A program made the translations under genes and the position numbers. A stretch of 64,000 nt of DNA from the human T2T-CHM13v2.0 reference genome, Homo sapiens. Of this stretch, positions 13,417 to 30,953 are shown in pieces; the stretch's first letter is position 1, and every line of letters starts with the position of its first letter. The stretch lies in NCBI RefSeq assembly GCF_009914755.1, contig NC_060936.1; one strand, 5' to 3'. Under the pieces are notes generated by a model, which worked only from the letters and a program-made list of their open reading frames with translations, had not been told where the DNA came from and did no database searches.

Positions 13417-13795
13417 GATCCGGGCATGGTGGCTCATGCCTGTAATCCCAGCATTTTGGGAGGCCAAGGGGAGCAGATCATGAGGGGTCAGGAGCTCGAG
13501 ATCCACCTGGCCAACATGATGAAACCCCATCTCTACTAAAAATACAAAAATTAGCCAGGTGTGGTGGCACCCACCAATAATCCCAGCTACTCGGGAGGCT
13601 GAGGCAGGAGAATCATTTGAGCCAGGTAGGCAGAGGTTTCAGTGAGCAGAGATTGCACCACTGCACTCCAGCCTGGGTGACAGAGTGAGACTCCAACTGA
13701 AAAAAAAAAAAAAGAAGAAGAAGAAGAAGAAAGGGGGAAGAAGGAAGAAGAGGAGGAAGAAGAAGAAAGAGGAAGAAAGAAGAAGAGGAGAGGCA
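13417..13795 (+). mobile_element. AluS with (GAA)n-expanded tail
   Basis: Full Alu followed by a GAA/GGA-rich run. Confidence 0.9.
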
Positions 13796-14033
13796 GGGTC
13801 AGCTCGGAGGAGGCGCTTTCTCAGAAATCTGGGAAGCTCTTATAATCCGCAATCCATGGATGGCATCCCTTGCTTTCTCTAATCCCTTCCTCTGGGCTCT
13901 GGCCTCTCCCTGCTCCCTCTGCCTTGGTGCTGCATGAGCCTGATGGAATGCATATCCTGTGCTGGGTATGCTGGATGTTTCTAGCTCATTTAGTCTTGTG
14001 CACCCCCGACCTAACCTCCTATGAAGCTGGTGT

Positions 14034-14375
14034 AGGTCCATAGTCCCTTGTCTGCAATTTCAAAATCCCCAAAGCTTTGGAATTCGAAAGGTTTTATTTT
14101 CAAGTTTACGTGGCAAGTTCATTTGACTGAAAAGTCTGACCAGGACTTGTAGAATGTATAGACTTAAAAAACAAAACAAAACAAAACAAAAACACTTAAT
14201 ATGAACAGCCATCCATTTGCTGCAGAAATATCAATGTGCTTGGTCACAGGGTGCTGCCCAGATCCTGCGTGTAACTAACACTCAGTATACAGTATTCCAA
14301 ACCTCTGAAGAATTCTGAACTCCAAAATACATCTTGTCCCAAAGAGTTTAGATGAAGTGAGTTATGGAAGTTTGA
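14034..14375. mobile_element. Old TcMar-Tigger-type element (MamRep434-like)
   Basis: aggtccatagtcccttgtctg ... aattctgaactccaaaatacatcttgtcccaaagagtttagat. Confidence 0.5.
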
Positions 14376-14529
14376 TTAATTTTATTATCATCTCCAATTC
14401 ACAGATGAGGAAACTGAGACTCAGATAGGGTCAGTAGCTTGCCCAAGTTTGTATAGCGAGTGTGGCCTGGATTTAAACTTGGCACATCTAATGTCAAAGC
14501 CAAGGTCAGTACCCAATAGAATCCTTCAA

Positions 14530-14900
14530 TCCTTGCCACCCACATTCTCAAATTTTGCCATATCCATGTATCATCTATGTTATTATTTTTTAAATATTTT
14601 TTCTCTAACTTGGCTCACTTTTTACTTAAATAAGTGTATTTGTAAAAGGAAACTTCCTATCACCACTCTAAGTAGAAAACTGGCATCTCTTGCCCTAAAT
14701 AGAAAGGAGATACTTATAAATAAATATGTTGAGAGTAATGAATTACATTTTTGCCTGCCAGAGGGACTGAGCCTGTAACCTGCTCTCTCTCTATTTAAAA
14801 GAGAGATTTCTTTTTTCAAGTTACAGATGCACTAGCATCTAACTGAAACTTGCACTTTGGGAATGATCAGAAAGATTGAGAGACATTTGAAATAGGGCCA
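14530..14900. mobile_element. MER113-like hAT-Charlie element
   Basis: ttttgccatatccatgtatcatct ... aaaaggaaacttcctatcaccac ... gagcctgtaacctgctctctct. Confidence 0.65.
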
Positions 14901-14989
14901 GAGGAGGAATGTAAGAACAGCTGCTGTCAAATTGCCCATCTTCCATTTGAGGTGTGGATGGGGTTTGAAGTGGAAATTAAATTGGCTTA

Positions 14990-15517
<528 letters not shown>

Positions 15518-15964
15518 TCAGCACTCTCTTCTTCGAGGACAAGGACTTTCTCACCAATATCTGTGGGACTCCAGGATGAGGCTACAGATTTGTTGGCATC
15601 CTAACAATTTCTCTACCTAAGGCCGTCTATGCATTTTTCCTTGATTAAGAAGAGCAGAGCTTCCAGCATAGACAGAAGAGGATTTGAGAGATGCCAAGCC
15701 TGGCATCCCCTGCTTAGACCAATGTGATGTTAACCATGGAAGGCTGTACGAGACAATGCTTTACGAGGTGCTGTGTTTCCATTTGTCCCACCATGACTCC
15801 CAAGGGATAGAGGCTCCATCGTCCTGGGTGCCTGAGTGAGGGTGCTTGGGCAGAGCCCTAAGCTGACCCACAGTGGACACATAACAGGAACAAGAAACAT
15901 ACATTTGTTGTCTTAAGCCTCTGTGGTTTGGGGATTGTTACTGAGGAGGCCAGGAAAAGTCTGA

Positions 15965-16480
<516 letters not shown>

Positions 16481-17041
16481 TAAGAGGTATTTTCTGAGTG
16501 CCTACTATGCAGAATTCATGCAGAATTCTGTGACATCAGTGCTCCATTCCAGGCTATATTGTGCCATGTTATCCTCGAACTGTCTCTCACCCAAGGCAGT
16601 TTCATGTCTTTTGGACTGTGATAGCCAAAAGGATAGTAACTCTTGAGACGTCGTCATTGTTGTGTCTCCAACACCAAGCACAAAGTGGGTTTGATGAATT
16701 ACCTGTTGGCTGATGGAGGGAACAAATCATAAGCTCCTCTGGACCTTGCACCATGAACATATTTTTGCAGACCCACTGGCCTCTTGCAATGGGCTCATAG
16801 AAATATGTTCTGGTTGGATTGGGTGTATCTGAAAGTGTCCGGGAATCCACGTCTGGAGCCCACTCATTGTGTCCACTGGGTCTTCTTCTAGGAGATGCTG
16901 ATGGGCAAGACCTCATCTCTTTTCAGCACAGGCATCACCATAGAAGTAAACGCCAAGAGGATAGCTGCCTCTCCCTTACCCTCCACAATTCTCATTTTCT
17001 TGGGTACCCCTAGACACCTTGCTTTAAGAAAACTGACATGA

Positions 17042-17315
17042 GGCTGGGCATGGTGCTCATGCCTGAAATCCCAGCGTTTTCGGAGGCTGAGGCAGGAGGA
17101 ATGCTTGAGGCCATGAGTTAGAGACCAGCCTGGGCAGGATAGCAAGACCCCACCTCTACAAAAAATATTAGCTTGGTATGGTGACATGCACCTGTAGTCT
17201 CAGGCACTTGGGAGGCTGAGGCAGGAGGATTGCTTTAGCCAAGGAGTTCAAGGCTGCAATGAGTTATGATCATACTGCTGTTCTCCAGCATGGGTAACAG
17301 AGCAAGACCCTGTCA
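17042..17315 (+). mobile_element. AluJ
   Basis: Diverged Alu. Confidence 0.88.
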
Positions 17316-17319
17316 AGAG

Positions 17320-17478
17320 TAGGAAAGAAGGGAGGGAGGCAAAGAGAAAGAGAGGAAGGAAGGGAGGGAGGGAGAGAGAAAGAGAGGAAGGAAGGAAGGA
17401 TGGAGGGAAGGAAGGAAGGAAGGAAGGAAGGAAGGAAGGAAGGGAGGGAGGGAGGGAGGGAGGGAGGGAGGGAGGGGG
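17320..17478 (+). repeat. (GGAA)n/(GGGA)n simple repeat
   Basis: Read directly from sequence. Confidence 0.92.
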
Positions 17479-17860
17479 ACATGAAGATTGGAACTTACCC
17501 AAATGATCAGTAGTCATCTTCAACAACTGTCATGCACTTACTCTGCACCAAATCCATTCACTAGATGATTTCAGACCTTCACAGTTGCCCAGCAAGGAAA
17601 CTGAAGTCCAGAAAAACAAAGAGCCCCCAGGGTCACACACTAAGTGGCAGAGAGGATGTTTAGTCCTTACATGTCCCTCAAACCAAACAATACTCCACTT
17701 CCCTGTTGCAAAATTTATTTTGATCTATTGCAGATATGAGAAGAGGTGAAGAACAACATTACAGCATCTGTACACCTGCAACCCAGCTTAAAAAAATACA
17801 AGATGACCAGCTAACACCCCTCTACCTATCGCTCCCCAAGTTCAGTCCTTCCTCACCTGA

Positions 17861-18581
<721 letters not shown>

Positions 18582-18851
18582 TGAATTAATGTTTTATTGA
18601 GACTTGTGAATGTGTCCTGAAACAATATATAGCAGAGTATTGCCTGTTTTAAAAGTTCATATACATAATATTCTATTATTTGTGTTTTTCAGTCCCTCGT
18701 TTTTTTCACTCAGCGTGACTGTGTGAGAATCATCCATGTTGACTTATGTAGCTCTGATTCATTTATTTTTCCCACTTATAGAATTCTATTGTGTAAATAC
18801 TGTACAATTTATTTATCCAGTCTACTGCTGATGGGCATTTGGTGACTACCT

Positions 18852-19156
<305 letters not shown>

Positions 19157-19476
19157 CTCTTTTTAATAACTGTTGTGAACAATCTTTTATAAACAATCTT
19201 ATATAAAGATACAAATCATTTGCGTCCTGTCCTGGTACAAGAGTCTCTGCTGGGAATATTCCTAGGAGTAGATCGCTGGAACATACAGCATGCATGTTAT
19301 CTGCTTCACTGGATGTAGCTGGATTGTGTTCTAAGGTGGTTGTACTAGTTAGACCCACCTCCTGCCCCTAGAGTGTATGAGGGCTCCAGTTGTTCCACAT
19401 CCTTGCCAACACTTGTTCTTACCAGGCATTAACATTTTGGCCAATCTGGTGAGTGGGATACCTCATTTTGGTTTTA

Positions 19477-19927
<451 letters not shown>

Positions 19928-20639
19928 CTATGTACATCTTTATTTCTTTGTCATCGTGAGCTTGGCAAAGAAGCTGACATTCAAGACCTTCACGCAAAGG
20001 AGGAAGCAGGGAGAGGGTTAAGGAGAAGCTGGGCAAAGATCTGGGATTCTCCTCTACTTATCTCAGTGATGCCCCTTGAAGTAAGATTGGACGGCGGCTC
20101 TCACGACCCCTTAGCACTCGGGAGGACTCATCTTTCCAAAGTGATGAATCTTCATGCTGACAAAGTTGAGTCATGCAGAGAGCGTCACTCCCCTTTCACA
20201 GATGTAAAATAAGAAAAACGAGGCCTGGGAGGTGCTAGACGGCAGTGGCTTGTCCGAGGACACATGGTATCATGACTCTGGCTAGCTGTGCGTAAGACCT
20301 GCTGGGACTGCAGAACACAAAGTGGCGCAGGCCACCAGGAAGACTGGCAGGAGCACCAGGGAACCTCATTCCTGGGCCAGAGTGGGTCCCCTCAAGGCAG
20401 TTGGATGGCCTAAGGGTGGACTCAATGGGAACCCACAGCTAATTGCAAGGAGCCCATAGTCTTAGGTCAGGGGGCTACAGCAGCTGAAAGCACAAAGTCC
20501 CATGGTGCCCAGGCTGTGTGACCTCAGGGGTTCATCCAGGTTGGCAAAGCCACAGGATTGGCTCAGGAAGGGGTGCTGGGTCCAGCTTCCAGGGGGATGG
20601 CTATAGATCCATCTGCTGCAGTTACAAGTAGGACCCACA

Positions 20640-21388
<749 letters not shown>

Positions 21389-22121
21389 ATTAAGCTGATG
21401 TCCAGAGAGGTTAAGCAACCGGACTTAGACGCAGCCAGGTAGTCGCAGAATCAGGATTCAAAGCCAGTAGCTCCTGCACCACCCCCTGCCACATTGAAAG
21501 TTGACCCCTCTATTGCTGGCATCATCGGGCAGTCATTTTCCATTGACTTTTAACTAAAGTGTGGGGTGCACACTTTCCCTTGCAGAATCTCTCTTTTCTA
21601 ATAGCTTCTTGTCTGGGCCGCCATCTGTCCCTCTGCCCCATGGCGTTGCTTCAGCAGTGGGGCGAGGCCCCACCAGCCAGGTTTCCCCCAACCTTCACAC
21701 TACTTAGCAACATCTAGCAGATGCAAGTTTTCTGACACGGGCTCCCAGGATTAGCAGATGCTCTTTCATGAGCATCATTTCCATCATGTTTATTACTTCC
21801 CTGAGATTATCTTAATTCCATAGTCCCCAGGAGACACATGATGCTTATGTGGCCATGTGGCCCCTGGAGATTGGAAGGAAGTGTAGGCCTGCTGGGGCTT
21901 CTTGTGGTGGAGGACTTGCCCTCTAAAACAGACTTCAGCTCCTAGAGAAGCTTCTAGACCTGGGGGAGGCTGGGAGGTCCAAGCAGTTATGACAGCTCGG
22001 TGGGAGTAGGAAAAGGGAGAAATCCAGAGGGCTCTGGAGTTAGCCTGTCTGGATTTTAATTCACTGTCTAGCTCCATGACCCTGGACAAGTTACTTCCCC
22101 TCTGTGCCTTCAGTGTCCTCA

Positions 22122-22439
<318 letters not shown>

Positions 22440-23669
22440 AGTAATAAAAGTGCCTACCTGTGGGGTCGTTATGAAGTTATATGAATTAATTCTTGGTGCT
22501 TAGATCAGTGCCTAGCACATAGTGATTAATTATAATTGATTTGAATGATGTAAGTATTATATTGGGCTCCTAAGGGTCAGCTCCACCCAGGCCTCCAAGT
22601 ATCACTCATTTCCCCCAAACATCGATGCTGATCATGCAGCCTGCATTCAGGGGGCACCTGTGGTTGCCAGGCTCTTCGCATGCATTGTCTTATTGTCACA
22701 ACACTAGGAGGTCCCCATTAACCAGACTGGGAAACTGAGGTTCATAAAGGTGGAGTGATGGCCAGGTGGAGTGGCTCATGCCTGAATCCAGCACTTTGAA
22801 AGGCTCAGCGGGGAGGATGGCTTGAGGCCAGGAGTTGGAGAGAGGTAAAGCAACTTGCCCAAGGTCACAACTACAAAGTGGCAGAGGTAGGATTCAAATC
22901 AGAGTTCAAACCTGGTTGCTGTGATTCCAGACCTGCTTCTTGCAGTCCCTAAGCATTCTTGTGTTTGGTTTGGGAGGAAGGAGGAGGGAAACAGACTTCG
23001 CTTCCACGATGTTGATGGTTTCTTCCAACCACCCTTTTGGGGGTTTTGACCCACTTTACAGCTGAAGAAACAGGTTCAGGCAGGTGGAGTGACTCACCCA
23101 GGGTCACACACCAAGGAAGAGGCACAGCTGGGGTTTGCATCCTCATTTGGGCTTGGGTCTGACTTCAGACTCGTCCTAGGCTCTGTCCTGAGATACATAG
23201 CAATTGCTTTGCGTTCTGGTGTTATCTCCTTCCTCTGAATATCTGTTTGAGAACTTTACACCCATTTTACAGCTCGGTGGATGGGGCCTGGGAGAAGCCA
23301 GCGAGTGACAGAGCAGCGACTCAAACCCCTGCCTCTGGATCTGATCCTCTTTTTTGTCTTGGGCAAGGAAATTGCTGCTTGGGGAAAGGAAAAGATAGGA
23401 GGAGAGAAGGAAGCTTTAAGTGGGTAGGGGTGCCCCCAAGTCTAGCTTTGGGCTCCCTCAGTTATCACCAGTCAGGTTGGGGGCTGCCCAGAGCCCTCAT
23501 TCAGGTCCCAAGGGCGCCCAGGCTTGGCGTATACACCGAGTGTCCACCAGGTGGGGCTTTTGCCAAAGGCCAGGCTCCGGGAAGCCCCAGGAGAGGCCAG
23601 GCTGCCCCACCCAGGGAAGGGAAGGTACAACTGGACATACCCTCCTGCCTGTATCTTGGCAGGATACTC

Positions 23670-23975
23670 ACTCGTGTGCACACGCAAGCTGTGCAAACGT
23701 GTGTGTGAGCACACAGCCATGTCTCAGAAAACCTGTTTCTGGCTCGTGTGCAAATGTGCATGAAAAGATGTGCATGGGACATGCAGGTGTGTGTGCATGT
23801 GTGTGTTCATTTATGTGCAAACATGAATACATGTGAGCAGTGCAGAATAGGTGAGTGCAGGTGTGAGCAAGTGTAGACAGGAGCATGTGCAGATGTCTAT
23901 CTGTGCATCTGTGTGTGCACATATGTGCAAATATGTACATATGTGAGTGTGTGCAGAAAAGGGTGTGGGCACATG
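23670..23975 (+). repeat. Degenerate (TG)/(TGCA)-rich low-complexity tract
   Basis: Read directly from sequence. Confidence 0.8.
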
Positions 23976-24147
23976 GGTGGCAGATTAGACCCTGACCTTG
24001 GGTGCTGAGGTTCATTTTAGAGTCTCTTTCTTAGGCTCCAAAAATGGAGGCAAGGGGATGGAACCAATGACCTCTTGAGGTCCCCAATGCCTGGTACATT
24101 TGCCAGAGACCCTGATGGATGCCAAGGACTTGGAGCAAGGAGAGTCA

Positions 24148-24306
24148 TGGCACAAGGGGCTGGATGTGCTTCCCGGGTCAGGGAGTGTGGCAGCGGGGCT
24201 GGTTGTGCTTCGTGGGTCAAGGAGTGTGGCAAGAGGGGCTGGATGTGTTTCCTGGGTCAGGCAGCGTGGCAAGAGGGGCTGGATGTGCTTCCTGGGTTAG
24301 GGAGTG
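24148..24306 (+). repeat. 40-bp minisatellite x4
   Basis: Units at 24148, 24188, 24227, 24267; consensus TGGCAAGAGGGGCTGGATGTGCTTCCTGGGTCAGGGAGTG. Confidence 0.92.
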
Positions 24307-26399
24307 ACTGAATGGGGGGATTTTGCTCCCCCAGATGCTGAATTCTTTAGTACTCAGAGGTTTCTGCAGTGTGAGGGATGGAGACTCACCCTTCAGAGAA
24401 GAGCTTTGAACCTTCCTCCTGGATGCTCAGAGCTCTGGGGAATGTGGCCCGAATCTGTGGCCGCAAGAGGGGATTGGCTCTGACTTCCAGGCCTGACTCA
24501 GCCCCTCACCAGCTGTGCAGTAAATGTAAGGTCCCACGAAGGAGTTAGAGGTAGTCGAGAAAGGGAAGGGGTGGCATTAAAAGTCAAGAACTGGAGCCTT
24601 GGCATCAAAGAGAACAGGCTTTGACCCCTGCCTTTGTTGCTCACAGGCTGGGTGACCTCGGACAAGTCACTCACCCTCTCTGATCCCCCATTTCCTCAGC
24701 TATTAAAGGGAGGAAACAGCCACGCTTACCTCCAAATGCTGTCAGGGAAGGAAATTAGATGACGGGGAGAGCGAGCCCAGCCCCATGAGGCCAAGTGGAT
24801 CAGTTTTTGGTTTGCGGAAGCCAAGAGCTGAGAATCCAGAAGTTCCAAGGGGATTGAGGGAGTGGAAAGGCAGGGACTGGCTGCCAGGGCAGCAGACATG
24901 TTCCTTCTCCCCTCCCACTTGTGCCCCCCCCAACACCTGCCCCCGTTGGCTCCAATTTGTCTGAATGGCATCTTTATCCCTGCTTCTCTCCTGCCCTGAG
25001 CACTGGCAGCAGAAGCTTAAACAGGGCAGGAAGGGAGGGTGGGAGGAGGAGAAGAGCAGGCTTTTGTAGCAGGGCTGCCAAAGGGTGCACGTTTTCCTGA
25101 CCAGCTTCTAAATTGTGCTCAGCCATCGTCCTGCTGAGTGAACTCAGGTGGGCTATTCCACCTCTCTGAGCCTCAGTTTACTTATCTGTAAAATGGACAC
25201 AGGCATGCTCAATGTGAGATTTGGGGAGAATGCTGGGGATGGCCTCAGTGCATAGTAGGCACCATTATGACAACAATGATGACGATGACAATGATGATGA
25301 TCGTGGAGAGGGACAGAGAAAATGTAAGCATCCACATATCCCTGGCTTACCAAAGGAATAAAAGAATTCTTTCTTTCTTTTTTTGCTTGGCTCCAGGCCC
25401 ATGTTTTGCTGATGAGACTAAATGTGAGAACCTCCGATTTGAAGAAGAGGGAGGAGAAATGTGAGCCCAAGGAGGAAGAAGAACAAAGGAAGAGGGAGAA
25501 GAGGAGAAGGAGCTGGAGAATTGGAGAGTGAGCGATGAGAGAGAGAAGACGAATGAGCTGTTTGTAGGGAGAGAAATTAAAAATAGAGCCTGGAGAGGCT
25601 GCTTTAATGACGGGGACTTAGGGGAGAGAAAGAAGCAAAGAGGATCTGAAGGCGGTAAGCCCTCCATGCCTTGCCCTTAAGAAAACCTGTAGCAATAGTC
25701 TGCAGTCTTCATTGAGGCTTTGGGGGCCCCGATTGTGGAGTTTTGTTTGGGTGGGTGAAGGGGTGTGCTGGAGGGCTCAGTTCTTCGCAGAGTACAGACA
25801 AGGCTGATGTTGCCTTTGGGAGCCCACAGTTCTGGATGCTGATGGAGGAATGGGCCACTGCCCAAGCCAGAAGAATGGGATCTGGGTGAGATGGAGGGTC
25901 AAATGGGTGCCCGGAATTCCACAGTGATTGTTTCTGAGGACTTCAGTCACTGTCTCACTTACGCACTGGGCTGCTAAAATAGGAAGGCAGACCTGGAAGG
26001 CAGGTGCTTGCCCTGGGGCCAGCTTCTCAGAGGCTCGCACGTTGTGTGCCCAAGGAAGAGCTGTACAGAGCAGGGGCCTCTAGAACATTTGACCTTTGGT
26101 GAGCAAGTGTCTCTAAACCTCCTGGAAGCTGCCAGCTGTCAAGTGGCATTTCATTCCGGGGGTACTCAAAGAAAATTCAGTCCTTGTTCTGGCCACAATC
26201 CAGTTCGGGAAAGAATCCTGGGCTATTACATGACCAGAGCTATTAGGATGCTTTAAAACAGACAGACAGACAGGCAGACAAACATAGTATAGTGAAGTCA
26301 GATTAATCACAATATGATCCTTCCATTCCAATGTTCTGTGCTGTTGGAAAAAAGGAACTAGTTGAATTTCTTCAAATTCATGGTGTGCCGACATCTCCA

Positions 26400-26900
26400 C
26401 CTGGGGTTGATCTTGGTGTATGGTGTGAGGTAGAGATCTAATTGTATTTTTCCCATATGGGTAGCCAGCTGGTCCAGCATCATACTGAAAATGAAATCTA
26501 TCCTTTCCCCACTAGTTTATTATGCCAGCTCTGCCATCTACTCATGTATTGGTTCTAAATTTGTATGAGTCTGTTTCTGGGCTTTTGATTTTGTCCCCTG
26601 GGTCAATGTGTCTTACTTGCTCTCTGTTATTACAGCTTTATAAGAAGTCTTCTTCTCTTATAGGAATGATTCTCCTATCTTGTTACTCCTCAAACTTGCC
26701 TCGGCTGTTCTTGACCCTTGCATCTTTGTAAGAATTTTTGAGATGGGCTTGTCACGTTTCATGAAAACTCTTATTGAGGTTTTCATTGGAATTGCCTTAA
26801 ATGTATGAATTAATTTGAGGAGAAATGACATCATCCTGTTAATTCTTCCAGCCCATGAACAGGGAATCTCGCTGTTCAGTCAGCTCTTCTTTTATAGACA
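26400..26900 (-). mobile_element. L1M (ME-type) fragment
   Basis: ggtgtatggtgtgaggtagagatctaattg ... taatttgaggagaaatgacatc. Confidence 0.75.
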
Positions 26901-27039
26901 TCTCAGGTGGGTGTGGTATGTGTATGAGTCAGGGTCCCAGGAAGAAACAGACCCCCACCCCTCCCACAACCAAATGAAGATTCCTGATGAAAAAATAAAT
27001 TTGTGCTCATAAAAAAGCTTAAAATGATGATGTAGAAAT

Positions 27040-27352
27040 TATCCAGGCATGGTGGCTCATGGCTGTAATCCCAGCACTGTGGGAGGCTGAGATGGGAGGG
27101 TCACTTGAGTCCAGGAGTTTGAGACCTCCTGGGCAACATGGCTGGAGTCACAGAGAGACCCCATCTCTACATAAAGTAAAAAATTAGCTGGACATGGTGA
27201 TGTGCACCTATAGTCCCAGCTACTTCAGGAGCTGAAGTGGGAGGATCTCTTGAGCCCAAGAGGTTGAGGCTGCAATGAACTATGTTTGCACCACTGCACT
27301 CCAGGCTGGGCAACAGAGCAAGACTCTGCCTCAAAACAAACAAACAAACAAA
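27040..27352 (+). mobile_element. AluJ
   Basis: Diverged Alu with (CAAA)n tail. Confidence 0.88.
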
Positions 27353-27565
27353 AGCAACAGTGACAAAAAAGAAATGATAAGGGCCTGTAAGCCCATTTTC
27401 CAGAACTAATATCTGTTAACCATTTGATATCTAGTTTTGTTGACTTTTCCCAAAGCACCACATTTTAAGGAAAGAGATTATTCCATAATGCTGTTCTATA
27501 ACCTGCTTATGTTTACTTTACCGTATATCATAGACACATATAAATATATGCCTCAACATATATAA

Positions 27566-28375
<810 letters not shown>

Positions 28376-28759
28376 GCTTGAATACAAGATTGCTTATTTA
28401 ACTAGTCCCTGGCATTGGAGGGGAATCAGGTCAAGGGAGCCTGTCCTTCTTGTGTTATTTCTCTCCACGGAGCATTGGCCACTGGGCATCGGCACATGGC
28501 TCAGGCCGCAGCCTTTGCTTTCTGGGAATCTGCTTTTGCACCCATTCTCCCCCTCCACGAAAGGCAGAACAGCCTCAAGTGCAAAGAGCTCCAACTTGCT
28601 GTGAGTGAACCCAGGTAGTAACCCTGGTTTTGCCCCTTTACAACCATGTGACCATGAGCCAACCACTTCTCTCCAGGCCTCAGTCTTTGCATCTGCAATA
28701 TGGGAATACCAATCCCTGCCCAGTCCATTGTGAGGCCAATAATAATGAGATCTAGTAGA

Positions 28760-28970
28760 TGCTGCACATTTACACAGTGCTTTACATGGATTAACTAATT
28801 TAATCCTCATCACATGTATGCAATGGCGCAATTATTAGAGCCATTGCATACATGATGAAAATGAGGCACAGAGAGGTAAAATAACTTGCCCAAGGTCACA
28901 GAGCTTGTAAGTGGCAGAGTTGAAATTCACACCCAGACAATCTGGCTCCAGATGGCTGTTAACCACTATG
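28760..28970 (-). mobile_element. MIR
   Basis: gaggcacagagaggtaaaataacttgcccaaggtcacagagcttgtaagtggcagag. Confidence 0.85.
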
Positions 28971-30289
28971 TTCTAGGCTCCTAACCACTATGCACCTAGC
29001 CACTGTGTTATGCTAGTGGTTTATTTATAAAGCATCCAACAACCAGGAGGTGTTTACTAATGGCAGTTGTTGACAGCATCGTGCCAGGATTGGACCTTGT
29101 AGCAGGTCACTCTAGCCACAGAATCCTGGACCTAACCACGGGCCAGCCTCCAGGAACACACCCTGCAGGTGTCCACCAGACAGTCCCATACCCCTTACTC
29201 CTAGTGCTGTTTAATACTTTCAGATGAATTCAGATTCTGTAGTTGTTTTTCTCCCTGCCTGGCAGCTGCAGTGGGCAACGCGGAGCTACCGAAGGACATT
29301 TTCTTTTGTTTCAGCTTTGATCCTGGGGATTTCGCATATCATTATGTATGTGGCTAAGGACCTGCCATTATCTTCCCCGGGATTCTTGCACAGTTAGTGA
29401 ATTTCCTAAAGGATCCCGGCTCTCTGCCTGCTTCTGCTGTTAGGATAGGCTGCCCCAAGCTGCCCTCTGATTCCTCTGGGGGAGGGGAGGTACTTTCTTT
29501 TCTACAGTAATTTTTTAATACTCATCTTGATGTGTGAGTCTTTGGGAATCAGGAATTAATCTGGAACCTGTTTAAGTTTTTGCCTTATCTATGTACGTGT
29601 GTGTGTGTTTGTGGCAGAGGGTGTGCTAAGACCATGAAAAACAGCTTTTCACAAAAATATTTAAAACGTTAGTGCTTTAGTTCTTAAATCTAAGGCCATT
29701 GTCTGCTGACAAAGTCTGAATTTCCTGGCTTATTATCCTTCATTAAGGACCACCCATAATATTTCCCCAGCTAATTCTGTTTGGGGGTAAACACTTATCT
29801 GCTCAATTCATTATTGCTAAGTCTGAGATGGTTACAGATGCCTTTGGAGTAGAAGCCCCCACATCTAATAAGCACAGGCACACGATGCAGTTGGAATATG
29901 GTGGGGAGAGACGGCTGAAATTTATTTTGTGAATAAAGCAATAAGCCACTAGGCAAAGCTAATATGTTTCAGCCCAGACAGAAAGACACGATCATTCAGT
30001 ATTTATGTAGCAACCCATTCCTCTGTGGGACTACAAGTTTCTACCATTAAAATTGTTGGAATTCTTCAGAGACCCACTGCATTAAGTCATGTAAAAATAT
30101 CACAGACTTAAAACAATCTGAATTATTGGATTTTCTCGCTGCTCGTCGGTAAGCATGTTTGCTGTGGCAATTTCCTGCTGGGTCAAAGGTGCAGCCTACT
30201 TCAGTCAGGAAAGTAGAAAGTCCTGTGCCGAATTTTTATTTGGAAGCCAGTAGTCCCTAACAGGTGAAACAAAGTCAGACCTAGATTTA

Positions 30290-30953
30290 TCTATTTTTTT
30301 CTTTTAATGCACTTTCAGATTCCTAGAAATCTTGCCAAGAAAGTAGAAGGAATTTCTGTGTACTAGTCACCTAGAATCTTCAAATGTTAACATTTTGCAA
30401 CATTGCTTTATCACTGTGTCTAGGTAGACATATATAGATAAATAAATAGGTACATATTATTTTCATCTGCATTGCTTGAGAGTTGGAGACATGATGTCTG
30501 TCCCTTTATCCCTAAATACTTCAGTGTGTTCTCTAAAAACAAGGATATTTTGTTACATAGCCACAGTATAATAGTCAAAATCAGGAAATTAACATCGATA
30601 TAACACTATTATCTGATCTATTGACTTTATTTTAAATTTGTCATTGGTTCTAATTCATCCACTTTATAGTAAAAGAAAATCCAGGATCGTACGTTATAAT
30701 CACTTGTCAAGTCTCTTTAGTTTCCTTTAATTGGAAATAGTTCCTCCATTATTGTGTGTTTCATGTGCCACTGATGTTTTTGAAGTGAACAGGCTGTTTA
30801 TTTTGTAGAATTTTCCCCTCCATTTGGGGTTGTCTGATATTTCTTCACAATTAGATTTAGATTATACCTCTTTGGCAGGAATACCACAGAAGTGATCTGT
30901 CCTTCAAGCACAACATATCAGGAGGTACACGATGTCAGTGCGTCCTGTTCCTG
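30290..30953 (-). mobile_element. L1MC4/5-like 3' end
   Basis: ccctaaatacttcagtgtg ... aaaatcaggaaattaacatcgata ... tttggcaggaataccacagaagtgat. Confidence 0.78.

Noticed and set aside
23247-24015. His/Cys/Thr-rich ORFs (also 51621-52024 and 48170-48586)
   Set aside because: Products of (TG)n or (TCCA)n low-complexity tracts.
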